A stretch of 64,000 nucleotides of DNA from Chloroflexota bacterium (GTDB lineage Bacteria > Chloroflexota > UBA11872), in contig OZ253558.1 in the NCBI GenBank assembly GCA_965262745.1, forward strand, positions 1,858,494 to 1,922,493, in the 5' to 3' direction. The translations under genes and the position numbers were made by a program. How positions within the stretch are numbered: position 1 is the stretch's first letter; every line of letters starts with the position of its first letter. A model generated the notes under the pieces. It was given only the letters and a program-made list of their open reading frames with translations, was not told the DNA's origin and made no database searches. Of this stretch, positions 9,559-19,405 are shown one piece after another.

Positions 9559-10458
9559 CTAGGCGGAGGCGCCGGAGCGAACCTCCACACCCGCAAGCTC
9601 CTCGAGTGGCTTGATCAGCGCCGCGGCATCCAGGTCGCCCAGGCCCTTGTGGCGCGTCTCTTGATAGAGCTGGTCGGCCAGCGTCGTCGCCAACAGGCGC
9701 ACGTTGCTGCGCCGTCCCAGCGCCAGCGCCAGCCCCAAGTCCTTGAGCAACAGCTCGACGCCGAATCGAGCCTCAAAGTCGCCCGGGAACACCAGGTTCG
9801 GCATGTCCACTTCCATGCAGCGGCTGGCGGCGTAGGCGCCCATGAGCGTATCGAAGAGCTGCTGCGGGTCGATGCCGTTCTTGACCGCCAGGACGAAGGC
9901 CTCGGCATTCGCGGCGCGCACCCCGGCGATGATCATCTGATTCGCCAGCTTGGCCACGCAGCCAGCACCCACCGGGCCGAAGTGCTGCACATTGCCGCCC
10001 ACGATATCGAGCAGCTCTTGTCCGGCGGCAAAATCCTCCGTGGTGCCGCCGACGAACACGGCGAGCGTCCCAGCGGTGGCTCCCGCCGGACCTCCGCTCA
10101 CGGGAGCGTCAAGGTAGCCGACACCCTTGCCGGCGGCCTCAGCCGCGCATTTCTGCGCGGTGTCGGGTCCGTTGGTGCCAAAGTCGATCCAGAGCTGGCC
10201 GTCGCGGGCCGTCTCGATGGCTCCGTTCTCGCCCATCAGGATCGCCTCGGAATCTTCCGGCAGCGGCACGTTGAGGCACACCACATCCGCCTCAGCAGCG
10301 ACCTCTGCCGGCGTGGCAGCAGCCGTGCCGCCATCGGCGACAAAGTCGTCGACCTTGCCTCGACTGCGGTTGTGCACGATCAGGTCATGCCCGGCCGCCC
10401 GTAGATTCGTCGCCATGGGAAGCCCCATCTTGCCGAGGCCGATATATCCAATTCGCAT
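9559..10458 (-). CDS. NAD(P)-dependent oxidoreductase, 3-hydroxyisobutyrate / tartronate-semialdehyde reductase family
   Basis: N-terminal Rossmann motif MRIGYIGLGKMGLPMATNL, DAPVSGG, and a C-terminal 6PGD-like helical domain. Confidence 0.85.
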   Translation of the reverse strand: MRIGYIGLGKMGLPMATNLRAAGHDLIVHNRSRGKVDDFVADGGTAAATPAEVAAEADVVCLNVPLPEDSEAILMGENGAIETARDGQLWIDFGTNGPDTAQKCAAEAAGKGVGYLDAPVSGGPAGATAGTLAVFVGGTTEDFAAGQELLDIVGGNVQHFGPVGAGCVAKLANQMIIAGVRAANAEAFVLAVKNGIDPQQLFDTLMGAYAASRCMEVDMPNLVFPGDFEARFGVELLLKDLGLALALGRRSNVRLLATTLADQLYQETRHKGLGDLDAAALIKPLEELAGVEVRSGASA

Positions 10459-10592
10459 GCGCGCGCAACTCCTTAGGCACTGACGTCAGACCCGCAGCGC
10501 GCCGCAGCACTCATCCCGCCCGCGGGTGCGAGCGGTCGGCGTCCACGCTGCCGCTAGGCTACTCCCAGCCTATGCAAACCATACCAACGGAC

Positions 10593-11537
10593 TCAGACGC
10601 GCGCCCACGCCGCGGCAAAGGTGCGCTTGGCGTTGCCGATGATCTCGGCCGTCGTCTGGTCCGGCGCCGGCTTCATTTCAAAGCTCACCAGCGGCATCGG
10701 GGTCGGCAAATCCTTGTCGAAGTAGCCAATCTCGAACAGCGCGCGCAGGAATGCCGCCAGCTCGGGCACGTCGTTCTCTCCGCCCGGTTCCCCGAACACG
10801 GGATGCTGGTCGCCGTATTGCGGGTGGGAGCGATCGCTGATGAGACAATTGCCGATGTGGGCCTGAATGACGTGGGCCGCCGCTTTCCGCACGGAGGTCG
10901 GTGGGTCCTCACCCAGCAGCGGAAGATGGCTGAGGTCCAGACAGAGCCCGAAGTTGGGCGTGTCCGCGCGAACCATCTCACTCACGCGGATGCAGAGCTC
11001 GACGGGACCGAGCAGCGAGCGCTTCTCGACCGCGCGATCAAACTGCTCGAGCGCGATCCAAATGCCGAAGCGGGCGGCGTAGTGGCAGATCTGCTGGAGC
11101 GAGTCGGCCAGGCGGCTCAGCGCCGGTTCAACGTCGTCGTCGGTCGACGGCGCCGAGTTGGGACCGTCGAGTAGCCCGACGAGCGGGGCGCCCAGCGCCT
11201 GGGCCTCATCCACCCCCCGCAGCATGGCTGCAATGGCCCGCTGCCGCACCTCGGGATCGGCCGACGAGAGATCGAGCTGTTCCAGCAGGAGCGCCGGGTG
11301 CGCGCCATATCCGAGCGCCAGACGAGCCGTGCGGGCACGGCGAGCCAGCTCCGCACGCGTGGCGTCGTCATTGACGTGGGTGACTTCGAGAGCCTGAAAG
11401 AAGCCGTCGGCGGCGAGCGCGCCAACCGATTCGAGAATTGGCCCATCCCCGCCCTGCAACTCCGGGTGCAGCATGAAGTGCACGATGCCCACATGCATAT
11501 AGGCCTCGGGTGGTCGGTCCATCGCACGGTCCCCCAT
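10593..11537 (-). CDS. Sugar phosphate isomerase/epimerase (xylose isomerase-like TIM barrel)
   Basis: General family resemblance (HVGIVHF..., WIALEQFD, LCLDLSHL). The start is placed at the first Met downstream of the dnaE stop, because the ORF-track start at 11666 overlaps dnaE. Confidence 0.6.
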   Translation of the reverse strand: MGDRAMDRPPEAYMHVGIVHFMLHPELQGGDGPILESVGALAADGFFQALEVTHVNDDATRAELARRARTARLALGYGAHPALLLEQLDLSSADPEVRQRAIAAMLRGVDEAQALGAPLVGLLDGPNSAPSTDDDVEPALSRLADSLQQICHYAARFGIWIALEQFDRAVEKRSLLGPVELCIRVSEMVRADTPNFGLCLDLSHLPLLGEDPPTSVRKAAAHVIQAHIGNCLISDRSHPQYGDQHPVFGEPGGENDVPELAAFLRALFEIGYFDKDLPTPMPLVSFEMKPAPDQTTAEIIGNAKRTFAAAWARV

Positions 11538-11601
11538 CACACGGCGCCGCGCGCATAGTGGACCGACCGGATGCGGCTGTCGAGGAGTGGGCTGGCGGAG
11601 G

Positions 11602-14600
11602 CTACGTGGAGTCGGAGGACGCGCGCTCCACCACGACGTTTTCCGCGTCGTATTCCCGGACCACATGCGCCACCAATTCAGGGCTGGCGCTCACGGACGT
11701 GCGCCAACGCAACCGCGTCAACGCGCCATCGGGCGCCTCGATATGCAGGTCAAGCGGCACGTCACCCGGATGTGCGGCGGCAGCCTCATCCAGCCGGCGC
11801 AGCAGGTCAATGTCATGCCCCAGGTCCGGGCTGCGGCGCAGAATCACGACGACGCGCCGCGGCGCACCGCCATTCGGCGCGCCATTCGACTCGCCCGACG
11901 CCGAGTGCGCGGCGCCGCCGTTCTCCGTGGCTGCAGGTGCTTCCTCGGCGCCCGGAGATTGGTATTCGCTACCCGCGGCCTGCACGTGCACGCTGCCGAC
12001 CACGGCGGAGGGTTCGGCTGGCAAGACTTCCTCGGACGTGGGGGCAGGCGCCGTGGCGTCTGAGACGCCGCCATTGACCGCAGCCTGGGCGTCCGCCGAA
12101 GTATCGTCATCAAGGCCGATGTCGCTTGGCTTTGCGGCGTCGCTCGCGTCGGCGTCATCGGCCGCGCCCGGGCGAACAGCCGGCATCGCCTCGTCGGCGG
12201 TCGCCGTCGCGTCCGCGGACTCGGCCGCGGTCGGCTCCGGCGGAAACAGGTTCTCCGCCACGAGTTGCATCGATCCGCGCCGATCCTCAATCTTGCCAGC
12301 GGCCACGATCACACGATCAATGTCCAGGCGGTCGCCAATCTGCGCCCAGAGCCGCGGGAACACCACCACTTCAATCGTCCCCGGCGCATCCTCGAGGGTG
12401 ACGATGGCCATCGTGTCGCCCTTCTGCGTGATGAGTTGGCGCACCCCCGCGACCAGTCCTCCAACCGTGAGCGTCTGGCCGACATGCGATGCGTCCAGGT
12501 CGAAGATTTGCGTGTCAACGCTTGCGCGCAAAGCCGCTCGCACCTGGGGATTCGAGAGCGGACTGGGTGAGACGTGCAGCCCGAGGAGATCCTTCTCCCA
12601 GCGTCGCCGATCGACATTGCCGGCGGCCTCGACGTCCGGCAGCTGCGCGTCGTCGGTCTGACCTGCAGGCAGCGCCCCCATGTCGAACATCGAGGTTTGC
12701 CCCGACACGCGGTCATGGCGGGTCTGCTGGCCGCGCTTGAATACGGATTCAAGCCCCTCAAGCAAGGCGTTGCGCTCACCTAGAGCGTCGAGCGCGCCAA
12801 CTTTGGCCAGCGCCTCCAGGGTGCGGCGCGTCACGACGCGACCGTCGATCCTGGCGCACAGGTCGGCCAGTGAGGCGAACGGTCCGCCATCGTCGCGGGC
12901 GTCGAGGATCGCCGCGACGGCCTGCTCCCCGACGGTCTTGATGGTCTCCATGCCAAACACGATCTGCTGGCCACGATGGACAAACGACGCACCGCTACGG
13001 TTGACGTCAGGCGCGAGCACCTCCAGGTCCAAGACCTCAGCCTCGGATTTGGCCCGCGCGACCTTGGCCAGGTCGCCGCTGTCGGTGACCATCAAGGCGG
13101 TAAGGAATTGCACGGGATAGAGCGCCTTGAGCCAGGCGGTCCAGTAGGCAATCACGGCGTAGGACACCGCGTGCGCCTTATTGAACCCGTAGCCGGCAAA
13201 CGGCTCGATCAGACCGAAAACGTCCTCGGCGACTGACTGCGTGAGACCGTTGGCCACGGCCCGCTCGATGAACTCCGCGCGCTCCTTCTCCAGCGCTGCG
13301 CGGATCTTCTTGCCGACGGCCTTGCGAAAGCGATCGGCCTCGTCCCAGTCATACCCCGCCAGCTCCCGCACCACGCGCAGCACCTGATCGGCGTAGACAA
13401 GCACGCCGTGCGTCTCGCGCAGAATCGGCTCGAGCTTGGGATGGGGATAGACCGGCTGCTCCCGGCCGTGCATCGTGTCGATATAGCGGTCGATGTGCTG
13501 CATCGGGCCGGGACGGTAGAGGGCGATAATCGCGGCCAGATCGTCGATGGTCGTCGGCTGCAGCCGCCGCAGCGTCGACGTCATGCCGCTGCTCTCAAGC
13601 TGGAACATGCCGACCGTGCGGCCCGACCGAAGCATGGCGAACGCCCGGTCATCGTCCAGCGGAATAGCCTGTGGCGCGATCTCGCGGCCCGTGTCCTTGC
13701 GGACGAGCTCAAGCGCGTGCGTGATGGTGCGGAAGTTCGAGAGCCCGAGGATGTCGAGCTTGAGGATGCCGATGCGCTCGATGGTCTGGCCCGTGAATTG
13801 CGCCACCGGCTGACCGTCGGCCGAGCGCATCAGCGGCACGTGCTCGACCAGGGGCTCCCGTGACACCACCAGTCCCGCGGCGTGCGTCGAAGCGTGCCGC
13901 GCCACGCCCTCCACCTCACGGGCCGTGTCGAGCAACCGGCGAATCTCGTCGTTGCCCTCATAGAGCTGCTGCAACTCCGTCACGGTCTCCAGCGATCGCT
14001 CGATGGTGAAGGGGTTCACGGAATTCACCGGAATCAGCTTGGCGACGCGGTCCACATCGGGCAGCGGCAACTCCATCACGCGGCCGACGTCCCGCACGGC
14101 CGCGCGCGCGGCCAGCGTGCCGAACGTCGCGATCTGGGCCACGTGATCCGACCCGTAGGTGTCTGTGATGTATTTGATGACTTCCTCGCGGCGGTCACTC
14201 GGGAAGTCGAGGTCCACGTCGGGCATGGATCCCTTGCGGCCGACCGTGAGGAAGCGCTCGAACATGATGTCGTGCTTGATCGGGTCGATATCCGACATGC
14301 CCATCGCGAAGGCGACCAGGCTGCCGTTCACGGAACCGCGCGGGGCCGTCAGCATCCCCCGCTCGCGGGCAAAGCGAATGATGTCGCCGACGAGGACGAG
14401 GTAGGGCGAAAACTCGGTCTTCTCAATCACGTCAAGCTCGTAGGCCAGCCTCGACTCATAGGCGGAGGGGACATCACCGGACAGCCGCCCACCTAGTCCC
14501 CGCTCAGCCAGGCCGCGCAGATAGCCAACGGCGTCGCTCCCCTCCGGCAGCGCAAGTTCGGGCATCGCGATGCGCCCGAAGGGAAGGTCGATGTCGCAGC

Positions 14601-15417
14601 GCTCGGCGATCGCCACTGTGTTGGCCAGCGCGTCCGGCACATCGGCGAAGATCCGGGCCATCTCATCGGGACCGCGCAGATAGAAGTCGCCCTCCATGCG
14701 CATGCGGGTAGCGTCGGAAAGCGCGCTCCCGGTCTGAATGCAGAGGAGCGTGTCATGAGCGTCGCGGTGCTCGCGCCTCACGTAGTGCACGTCGTTGGTC
14801 GCCACCAGCGGCAGCCCCAGCCCATCGGCAAGCTCCATCAGGCGCTGGTTCTGCCGCTCGATCACCTCCTGATCGGGCTGGCCGCATCGCTGGATCTCTA
14901 AGTAGTAGTTGTCCGGGCCGTACACATCGGCATGCCAGCGCGCCACCGACTCGGCGCGGGCCATGTCGTTCATCTCGATGGCGCGCATCAACTCGCCCGC
15001 GGGACATCCGCTGAGACAGATCAGCCCCTCGCTGTGCTCGCGGAGGAGCTCTCGGTCTACGCGGGGGCGGTAGTAGAAGCCCTCCAGATGCGCGCGCGAG
15101 GTGAGCTTGACGAGGCTGCGATAGCCGGCGGCATCACGTGCGAGCAAGGTGAGATGGAAGGCCCGCCGATCAAGGGAGGCATCACGGTCGGTGCGGGCCC
15201 TCGGCGCGACATAGACCTCGCAGCCGATGAGTGGCCGGACCCCGGCTTCCTTGGCCGCCAGATAGAAGTCGGCGGCCCCGTACATGACGCCGTGGTCGGT
15301 GAGCGCGACGGCGTCCATCCCGAGCTCACGGGTGCGCTCGAGGATCTCGGGAATGCGACAGAACCCGTCAAGCAAGCTGAACTCGCTGTGAACGTGCAAA
15401 TGCGCAAAATCAGCCAC
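11602..15417 (-). CDS. dnaE: DNA polymerase III alpha subunit
   Basis: PHP-domain start MADFAHLHVHSEFSLLDG, followed by the polymerase core, HhH and OB regions. 1271 aa, with an acidic low-complexity insert before the last 85 aa. Confidence 0.95.
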   Translation of the reverse strand: MADFAHLHVHSEFSLLDGFCRIPEILERTRELGMDAVALTDHGVMYGAADFYLAAKEAGVRPLIGCEVYVAPRARTDRDASLDRRAFHLTLLARDAAGYRSLVKLTSRAHLEGFYYRPRVDRELLREHSEGLICLSGCPAGELMRAIEMNDMARAESVARWHADVYGPDNYYLEIQRCGQPDQEVIERQNQRLMELADGLGLPLVATNDVHYVRREHRDAHDTLLCIQTGSALSDATRMRMEGDFYLRGPDEMARIFADVPDALANTVAIAERCDIDLPFGRIAMPELALPEGSDAVGYLRGLAERGLGGRLSGDVPSAYESRLAYELDVIEKTEFSPYLVLVGDIIRFARERGMLTAPRGSVNGSLVAFAMGMSDIDPIKHDIMFERFLTVGRKGSMPDVDLDFPSDRREEVIKYITDTYGSDHVAQIATFGTLAARAAVRDVGRVMELPLPDVDRVAKLIPVNSVNPFTIERSLETVTELQQLYEGNDEIRRLLDTAREVEGVARHASTHAAGLVVSREPLVEHVPLMRSADGQPVAQFTGQTIERIGILKLDILGLSNFRTITHALELVRKDTGREIAPQAIPLDDDRAFAMLRSGRTVGMFQLESSGMTSTLRRLQPTTIDDLAAIIALYRPGPMQHIDRYIDTMHGREQPVYPHPKLEPILRETHGVLVYADQVLRVVRELAGYDWDEADRFRKAVGKKIRAALEKERAEFIERAVANGLTQSVAEDVFGLIEPFAGYGFNKAHAVSYAVIAYWTAWLKALYPVQFLTALMVTDSGDLAKVARAKSEAEVLDLEVLAPDVNRSGASFVHRGQQIVFGMETIKTVGEQAVAAILDARDDGGPFASLADLCARIDGRVVTRRTLEALAKVGALDALGERNALLEGLESVFKRGQQTRHDRVSGQTSMFDMGALPAGQTDDAQLPDVEAAGNVDRRRWEKDLLGLHVSPSPLSNPQVRAALRASVDTQIFDLDASHVGQTLTVGGLVAGVRQLITQKGDTMAIVTLEDAPGTIEVVVFPRLWAQIGDRLDIDRVIVAAGKIEDRRGSMQLVAENLFPPEPTAAESADATATADEAMPAVRPGAADDADASDAAKPSDIGLDDDTSADAQAAVNGGVSDATAPAPTSEEVLPAEPSAVVGSVHVQAAGSEYQSPGAEEAPAATENGGAAHSASGESNGAPNGGAPRRVVVILRRSPDLGHDIDLLRRLDEAAAAHPGDVPLDLHIEAPDGALTRLRWRTSVSASPELVAHVVREYDAENVVVERASSDST

Positions 15418-15543
15418 GCGGTGCCTCCCGGGTCAGCCGGCGGCAATTGTAGGCACCGAACATATTGCGGACCACCCGGCGGGATTTCGACAAGCCGGCA
15501 GGGGCGCCCCCGGATGGGCGCGCGCCGCAGCCGGAGACGGTGG

Positions 15544-15563
15544 CCCAGGCTGCGCGCAGCCTG
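15544..15563. repeat. Perfect 18-nt palindrome CAGGCTGCGCGCAGCCTG (family A variant)
   Basis: Self-complementary by inspection. The same core occurs at 39855-39876. Confidence 0.8.
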
Positions 15564-15582
15564 AGAAATTCAACCGTGGCCA

Positions 15583-15613
15583 GTCGCACGCTGCACGCAG
15601 CGCGGGCCACCGG
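15583..15613. repeat. Family A palindromic intergenic repeat copy
   Basis: cacgctgcacgcagcgcgggccaccgg (27 nt) is identical to 38527-38553. Confidence 0.85.
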
Positions 15614-15720
15614 ATGGGGTCGCCGCGCTGGCACTAACTGACGCTGCCCCATCGCCGGTCGTCCATCGCGTGCGAGTACGCCCGTAGAATGGCGGCGCGT
15701 TCCATCTCTGGGGTCTTTGC

Positions 15721-16899
15721 GTGCTTCGTCCGATTCGCATGACCCCGTTCGGCTGGCTCGCGGCCGCCAACTTTGCCTTCGGCCTGGCCTTTGGCATCTA
15801 CGGCACGATCTTCTTCCCCTTCATCACCGAGGACCTCGGGATCAGCCCCAGTCAACTCGGCCTGCTGGAATCGGTCCGCGAGATTCCGGGCCTGCTCACG
15901 GTCGGCATGGCCGCGCTGGTCATGACGGTGGTGGAGCCGGTGGTGGGGGCCGTGGCGCTGTTGCTCCTCGGGGTGGGATACCTCAACTATTTCCACGTGG
16001 ATGGCATTCCGAGCCTGATCGTCTTTTCGCTGGTGACCAGCGTGGGCTTTCACATGTGGATGCCGATATCGAGCACCTTGGCGCTGCGGCTGAGCCGCGT
16101 GTCGGAGCAGGGCAGCCGGCTGGGTCAGCTGCGCGCCGTCGCGGCGGTGGCGAATCTTGCCGGCATCGGATTCGTGGCGCTGGTGGCTGGAGTGGGTGGA
16201 TTGCGACCGCTGTTCGTGGTGGCCGGGGCGATAGTGATCGTGGGGGCACTGCTCGTGCTGCGCGTGCGAGGAGTACCGCACACCCGGCGTCCGCCGCGGA
16301 TCTTGATTCGGCGAGCATATTGGCTCTACTACGTGCTGTCCTTCCTCGACGGCGGGCGCCGCCACATCTTCATGACGTTTGCCCTGTACCTGCTGGTGCG
16401 TGATCACGGATCGTCGGTGCAGACCGTTGCCATCCTCGGGCTCGTCAACGGCGTCATCAGCATCGCCGCCGTGTACCAGCTCGGACGCCTCATCGACCGG
16501 TTCGGCGAGCGCCCGATCCTCATGGTTGCCTACGGCGCGCTGGCCCTGATCTTCGTGGGTTACGCCATCATTCCCTTCGTGGCGGCGCTCTTCGTGCTGT
16601 ATGTGCTGGACAACTTGTTTTTCAGCGCCGACATGGGGGTGACGACCTATCTGGGCAAGATTTCCGTCGACCCCGCCGATCTCAGGCCAAGTCTTGTCAC
16701 GGGAATGACGGTGAACCACATCGCGGCCGTCATCATTCCCATCACCGGCGGGATCCTCTGGGAGGCCTACGGGCACTGGGTCCCGTTCATTGGCGGGGCG
16801 ATCCTGGCGGTCGCGTCGCTAGCACTAAGCTCGCGCATACGGGTGCAGACCGACGTGAGCAGTCGATCAGCGGTGGCCGAGGCCAAAGCCTCTCCCTGA
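15721..16899 (+). CDS. MFS transporter
   Basis: About 12 hydrophobic segments in 392 aa, with GTG start and a typical MFS length and layout. Confidence 0.7.
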   Translation: MLRPIRMTPFGWLAAANFAFGLAFGIYGTIFFPFITEDLGISPSQLGLLESVREIPGLLTVGMAALVMTVVEPVVGAVALLLLGVGYLNYFHVDGIPSLIVFSLVTSVGFHMWMPISSTLALRLSRVSEQGSRLGQLRAVAAVANLAGIGFVALVAGVGGLRPLFVVAGAIVIVGALLVLRVRGVPHTRRPPRILIRRAYWLYYVLSFLDGGRRHIFMTFALYLLVRDHGSSVQTVAILGLVNGVISIAAVYQLGRLIDRFGERPILMVAYGALALIFVGYAIIPFVAALFVLYVLDNLFFSADMGVTTYLGKISVDPADLRPSLVTGMTVNHIAAVIIPITGGILWEAYGHWVPFIGGAILAVASLALSSRIRVQTDVSSRSAVAEAKASP

Positions 16900-16919
16900 G
16901 CAGCCGCGCCGCCTACCGG

Positions 16920-18041
16920 CTAGGGCAACGAGTTCCGGTCCGTCCAGTCGATGATCTCGGACGTGAGCATGTAGCTGATCGGCTGCTCGTCGGTGCGCTG
17001 GGCGAGCCATTGGTCCAGCTGCCCCGCTCGCAGCCTCCGGGCGTGCTCGGCGCTGAGGGGACGCGAATCGACGCGTTCCGTCACGCGGAGCAGATACCAG
17101 CCGAGGTTGCCTTCGAAGGGACCAACAAGCTCGCCCAGCGGCGCGTCGAACGCCACGAGGTCCCAGACTGGCGGGCGAATGCCGCGCGGAATCCAGTCGA
17201 CCACCCCGCCGGCGGTGCGCGACACGTTGTCGACCGACACCTCGCGCGCCACGTCTTCAATCGTCTCGCCCTCCTCGATGCGCTGGATCACGGCGGGAGC
17301 GTCTTCCTCGCGGGCGAGCACGATTTCCACAGCCCGCAGGTGGGCGGGTGCGGGATTCGCCTGGGCGAACAACTCGTCGGAAAGTCGCTGGCGTCGCACG
17401 CTGTCCGCCGCGAATCGCTCAATTGAGACGTCGTCGAGACCGGTGGACGTTCGGAGGGCTTCGAGCGCAGCGTCCGCCGCGTCTTCACGATCCGGCGCCA
17501 CGTCCGCCAGCGCCACCAGCCGCGCGCGCAGGTCAGCCGGATCTACCGCGCGCCCCTCAGCCGCCCAGGCGTCGCGAATCAGCGCCGCGTGCGCCAGATG
17601 GGAAACGCCATTGAAGATGACACCGGCGAGTTGCGCTTGCAGGTCGGCCGCGCGGGCCTCGTAGTCCTCGACCGACTCGTCGGAGTCAAGCGCGGCGATC
17701 TCTTGCTCCAACTCCAATCTCCGGTAGGCCAAGAAGTCGCGGTATTCGCTCACCTTGATCGGCTCATCGCCAACCGTTGCCACCGCCGAGTTCGGGAGGG
17801 CGACATATTCGGCGTAGAAGACGCTCGCGACCAGGCTCAGCACGATGGCCGCGGCAAGGACGGCCACCACCGTCAGCCATTTCGTGGCGGCGGCCGTGCG
17901 CTGGGGCCGGCTGAGCATGCGCCAGTCCCGCAGCGCGACCATGAGGTCGCGCCAGCCGATGGTCCCGGCCCGCGGTCGTCGCTGCGCCCGTCGTCGGTCG
18001 CGCTCGGCACGGCGCCGCTGCGCGTGCGTGCGCGGTGCCAT
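16920..18041 (-). CDS. Membrane-anchored peptidyl-prolyl isomerase (SurA/PrsA-like, parvulin type)
   Basis: Basic N-terminus and a TM helix (WLTVVAVLAAAIVLSLV). C-terminal parvulin-like segment HLRAVEIVL...GGVVDWIPRG...GWYLLRV. Confidence 0.65.
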   Translation of the reverse strand: MAPRTHAQRRRAERDRRRAQRRPRAGTIGWRDLMVALRDWRMLSRPQRTAAATKWLTVVAVLAAAIVLSLVASVFYAEYVALPNSAVATVGDEPIKVSEYRDFLAYRRLELEQEIAALDSDESVEDYEARAADLQAQLAGVIFNGVSHLAHAALIRDAWAAEGRAVDPADLRARLVALADVAPDREDAADAALEALRTSTGLDDVSIERFAADSVRRQRLSDELFAQANPAPAHLRAVEIVLAREEDAPAVIQRIEEGETIEDVAREVSVDNVSRTAGGVVDWIPRGIRPPVWDLVAFDAPLGELVGPFEGNLGWYLLRVTERVDSRPLSAEHARRLRAGQLDQWLAQRTDEQPISYMLTSEIIDWTDRNSLP

Positions 18042-18061
18042 GCGGCGCTTTCGGCTAGTCG

Positions 18062-18457
18062 CTACGCGTGCAGGCGGCGACGCACCACGTACGGCAACAG
18101 GGCGAGGTAGCGTGCGCGCTTGATGGCGCGAGCCAACTCACGCTGGTGACGCGCGCACGTCGACGTCTTGCGGCGCGTCTCGATGCGACCGGAATCGCCG
18201 ATGAATCGGCGCAGGAGCTGCGCGTTCTTGAAGTCGATCAGCTCACGTGTCTCGCAGAAGTAGCACGCGCGGCGGCGAAAACCTCGCCCGCCGCGGCGCG
18301 GCCGTCCGCCTCCACCACCGCCCCCACCGCCACCGCCACCGCGACCACCACCCCCGGACGGCCGATTTTCGGGCGGCGGCGGGCGGGCGTCCTCGCGAAC
18401 TTGCCGCGCCGCGGCGGGAGCGCCATCACCGGCAGGGCCGGTACTGCGGTCAGTCAT
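18062..18457 (-). CDS. rpsR: 30S ribosomal protein S18 with a Gly/Arg-rich N-terminal extension
   Basis: S18 core [59 protein letters not shown]. Preceded by about 64 aa that include [25 protein letters not shown]. Confidence 0.9.
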   Translation of the reverse strand: MTDRSTGPAGDGAPAAARQVREDARPPPPENRPSGGGGRGGGGGGGGGGGGRPRRGGRGFRRRACYFCETRELIDFKNAQLLRRFIGDSGRIETRRKTSTCARHQRELARAIKRARYLALLPYVVRRRLHA

Positions 18458-18484
18458 ACCGTGTCATTCCAAATCATTAGGCGA

Positions 18485-18973
18485 TCAGAAGGGCAGATCA
18501 TCTGCCGTCACTGTGTCATCCGTTTCGGGGCGGCCGCTCGCTGGCGACTCGCCGCGCTGTTCGCGCCGGTCCCCTCCACCATCCTCGTCGCGCGGCCCAT
18601 CGGAGTCTGGCCTGCCGCCGAGCATGATCATGTCGCGGACGACAAGCTCGGTCGACGTGCGGTCGTTACCCTCGCGGTCTTTCCACTCGCGCGTCTGCAA
18701 GCGGCCCTCGACAAACACTTTGCCACCGCGCCGGAGGTACTGATTGGCGGTCTCCGCCAGATGGCTCCAGGCGACGACGCGGAACCACTCGGTGCGCTCA
18801 CGCTGCTCACCGTCCCGGCCGCGCCACGATTCGTTGACGGCGACCGTGAAGTTGGCGACCGGGGTGCCGTCCTGCGTGAAGCGCAATTCGGGATCGCGAC
18901 CGAGATTGCCGATGATCTGCACCCGGTTGAGGCCACGCGAGCGCCCCCGCCTGCCGCCGCCATCCTCACTCAT
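18485..18973 (-). CDS. ssb: Single-stranded DNA-binding protein
   Basis: OB-fold start LNRVQIIGNLGRDPELRFT, a Gly/Asp-rich tail and the canonical acidic tip DDLPF. Confidence 0.92.
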   Translation of the reverse strand: MSEDGGGRRGRSRGLNRVQIIGNLGRDPELRFTQDGTPVANFTVAVNESWRGRDGEQRERTEWFRVVAWSHLAETANQYLRRGGKVFVEGRLQTREWKDREGNDRTSTELVVRDMIMLGGRPDSDGPRDEDGGGDRREQRGESPASGRPETDDTVTADDLPF

Positions 18974-19302
18974 CGCCGCCCGTCAGCGTCGACCGCAAGC
19001 GCTGGCGAGACGCCCTGCTCTTGGCGGGCAACCAGAAACCGCATCACGTCCTCGTTAATGCGCAATGATTGCTCGAGGTTGGTGATACGGGCCGGGTCGG
19101 CCGAGAACTCAAGCAGCACGTAGTGCCCTTCGCGCTCGCCTTCAATTGAATAGGCAAGCTTGCGCTTGCCCCAGCTATTGACGCTGTTGACCTCGCCGTC
19201 CGCCCCGCTGATGTGATCGGCGACGGCGTCAATGTGGGCGGAACTGAGTGTGGGGATTCGCTCGGCGCCATAAATGACGACGAGCTCGTAATCGCGTGCC
19301 AA
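18970..19302 (-). CDS. rpsF: 30S ribosomal protein S6
   Basis: S6 begins at (M)ARDYELVVIY. I place the start at the TTG at 19302, preceded by GGGAAGGG. The longer ORF-track start at 19500 adds a non-S6 leader. Confidence 0.8.
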   Translation of the reverse strand: MARDYELVVIYGAERIPTLSSAHIDAVADHISGADGEVNSVNSWGKRKLAYSIEGEREGHYVLLEFSADPARITNLEQSLRINEDVMRFLVARQEQGVSPALAVDADGRR

Positions 19303-19405
19303 GGGCCCTTCCCACTGGGTTTGCACGGCTCGCTGCACGCGGCCGCGCCGAAAGGGATTCTGTGTTCGCTGCCATACTAGCACGGGGTATTTCCGAAACC
19401 GGCGC

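Noticed and set aside
15634-16776. 380-aa minus-strand ORF
   Set aside because: It is antisense to the MFS transporter and is highly charged (His/Arg/Asp/Glu). The plus strand encodes 12 clean TM helices.
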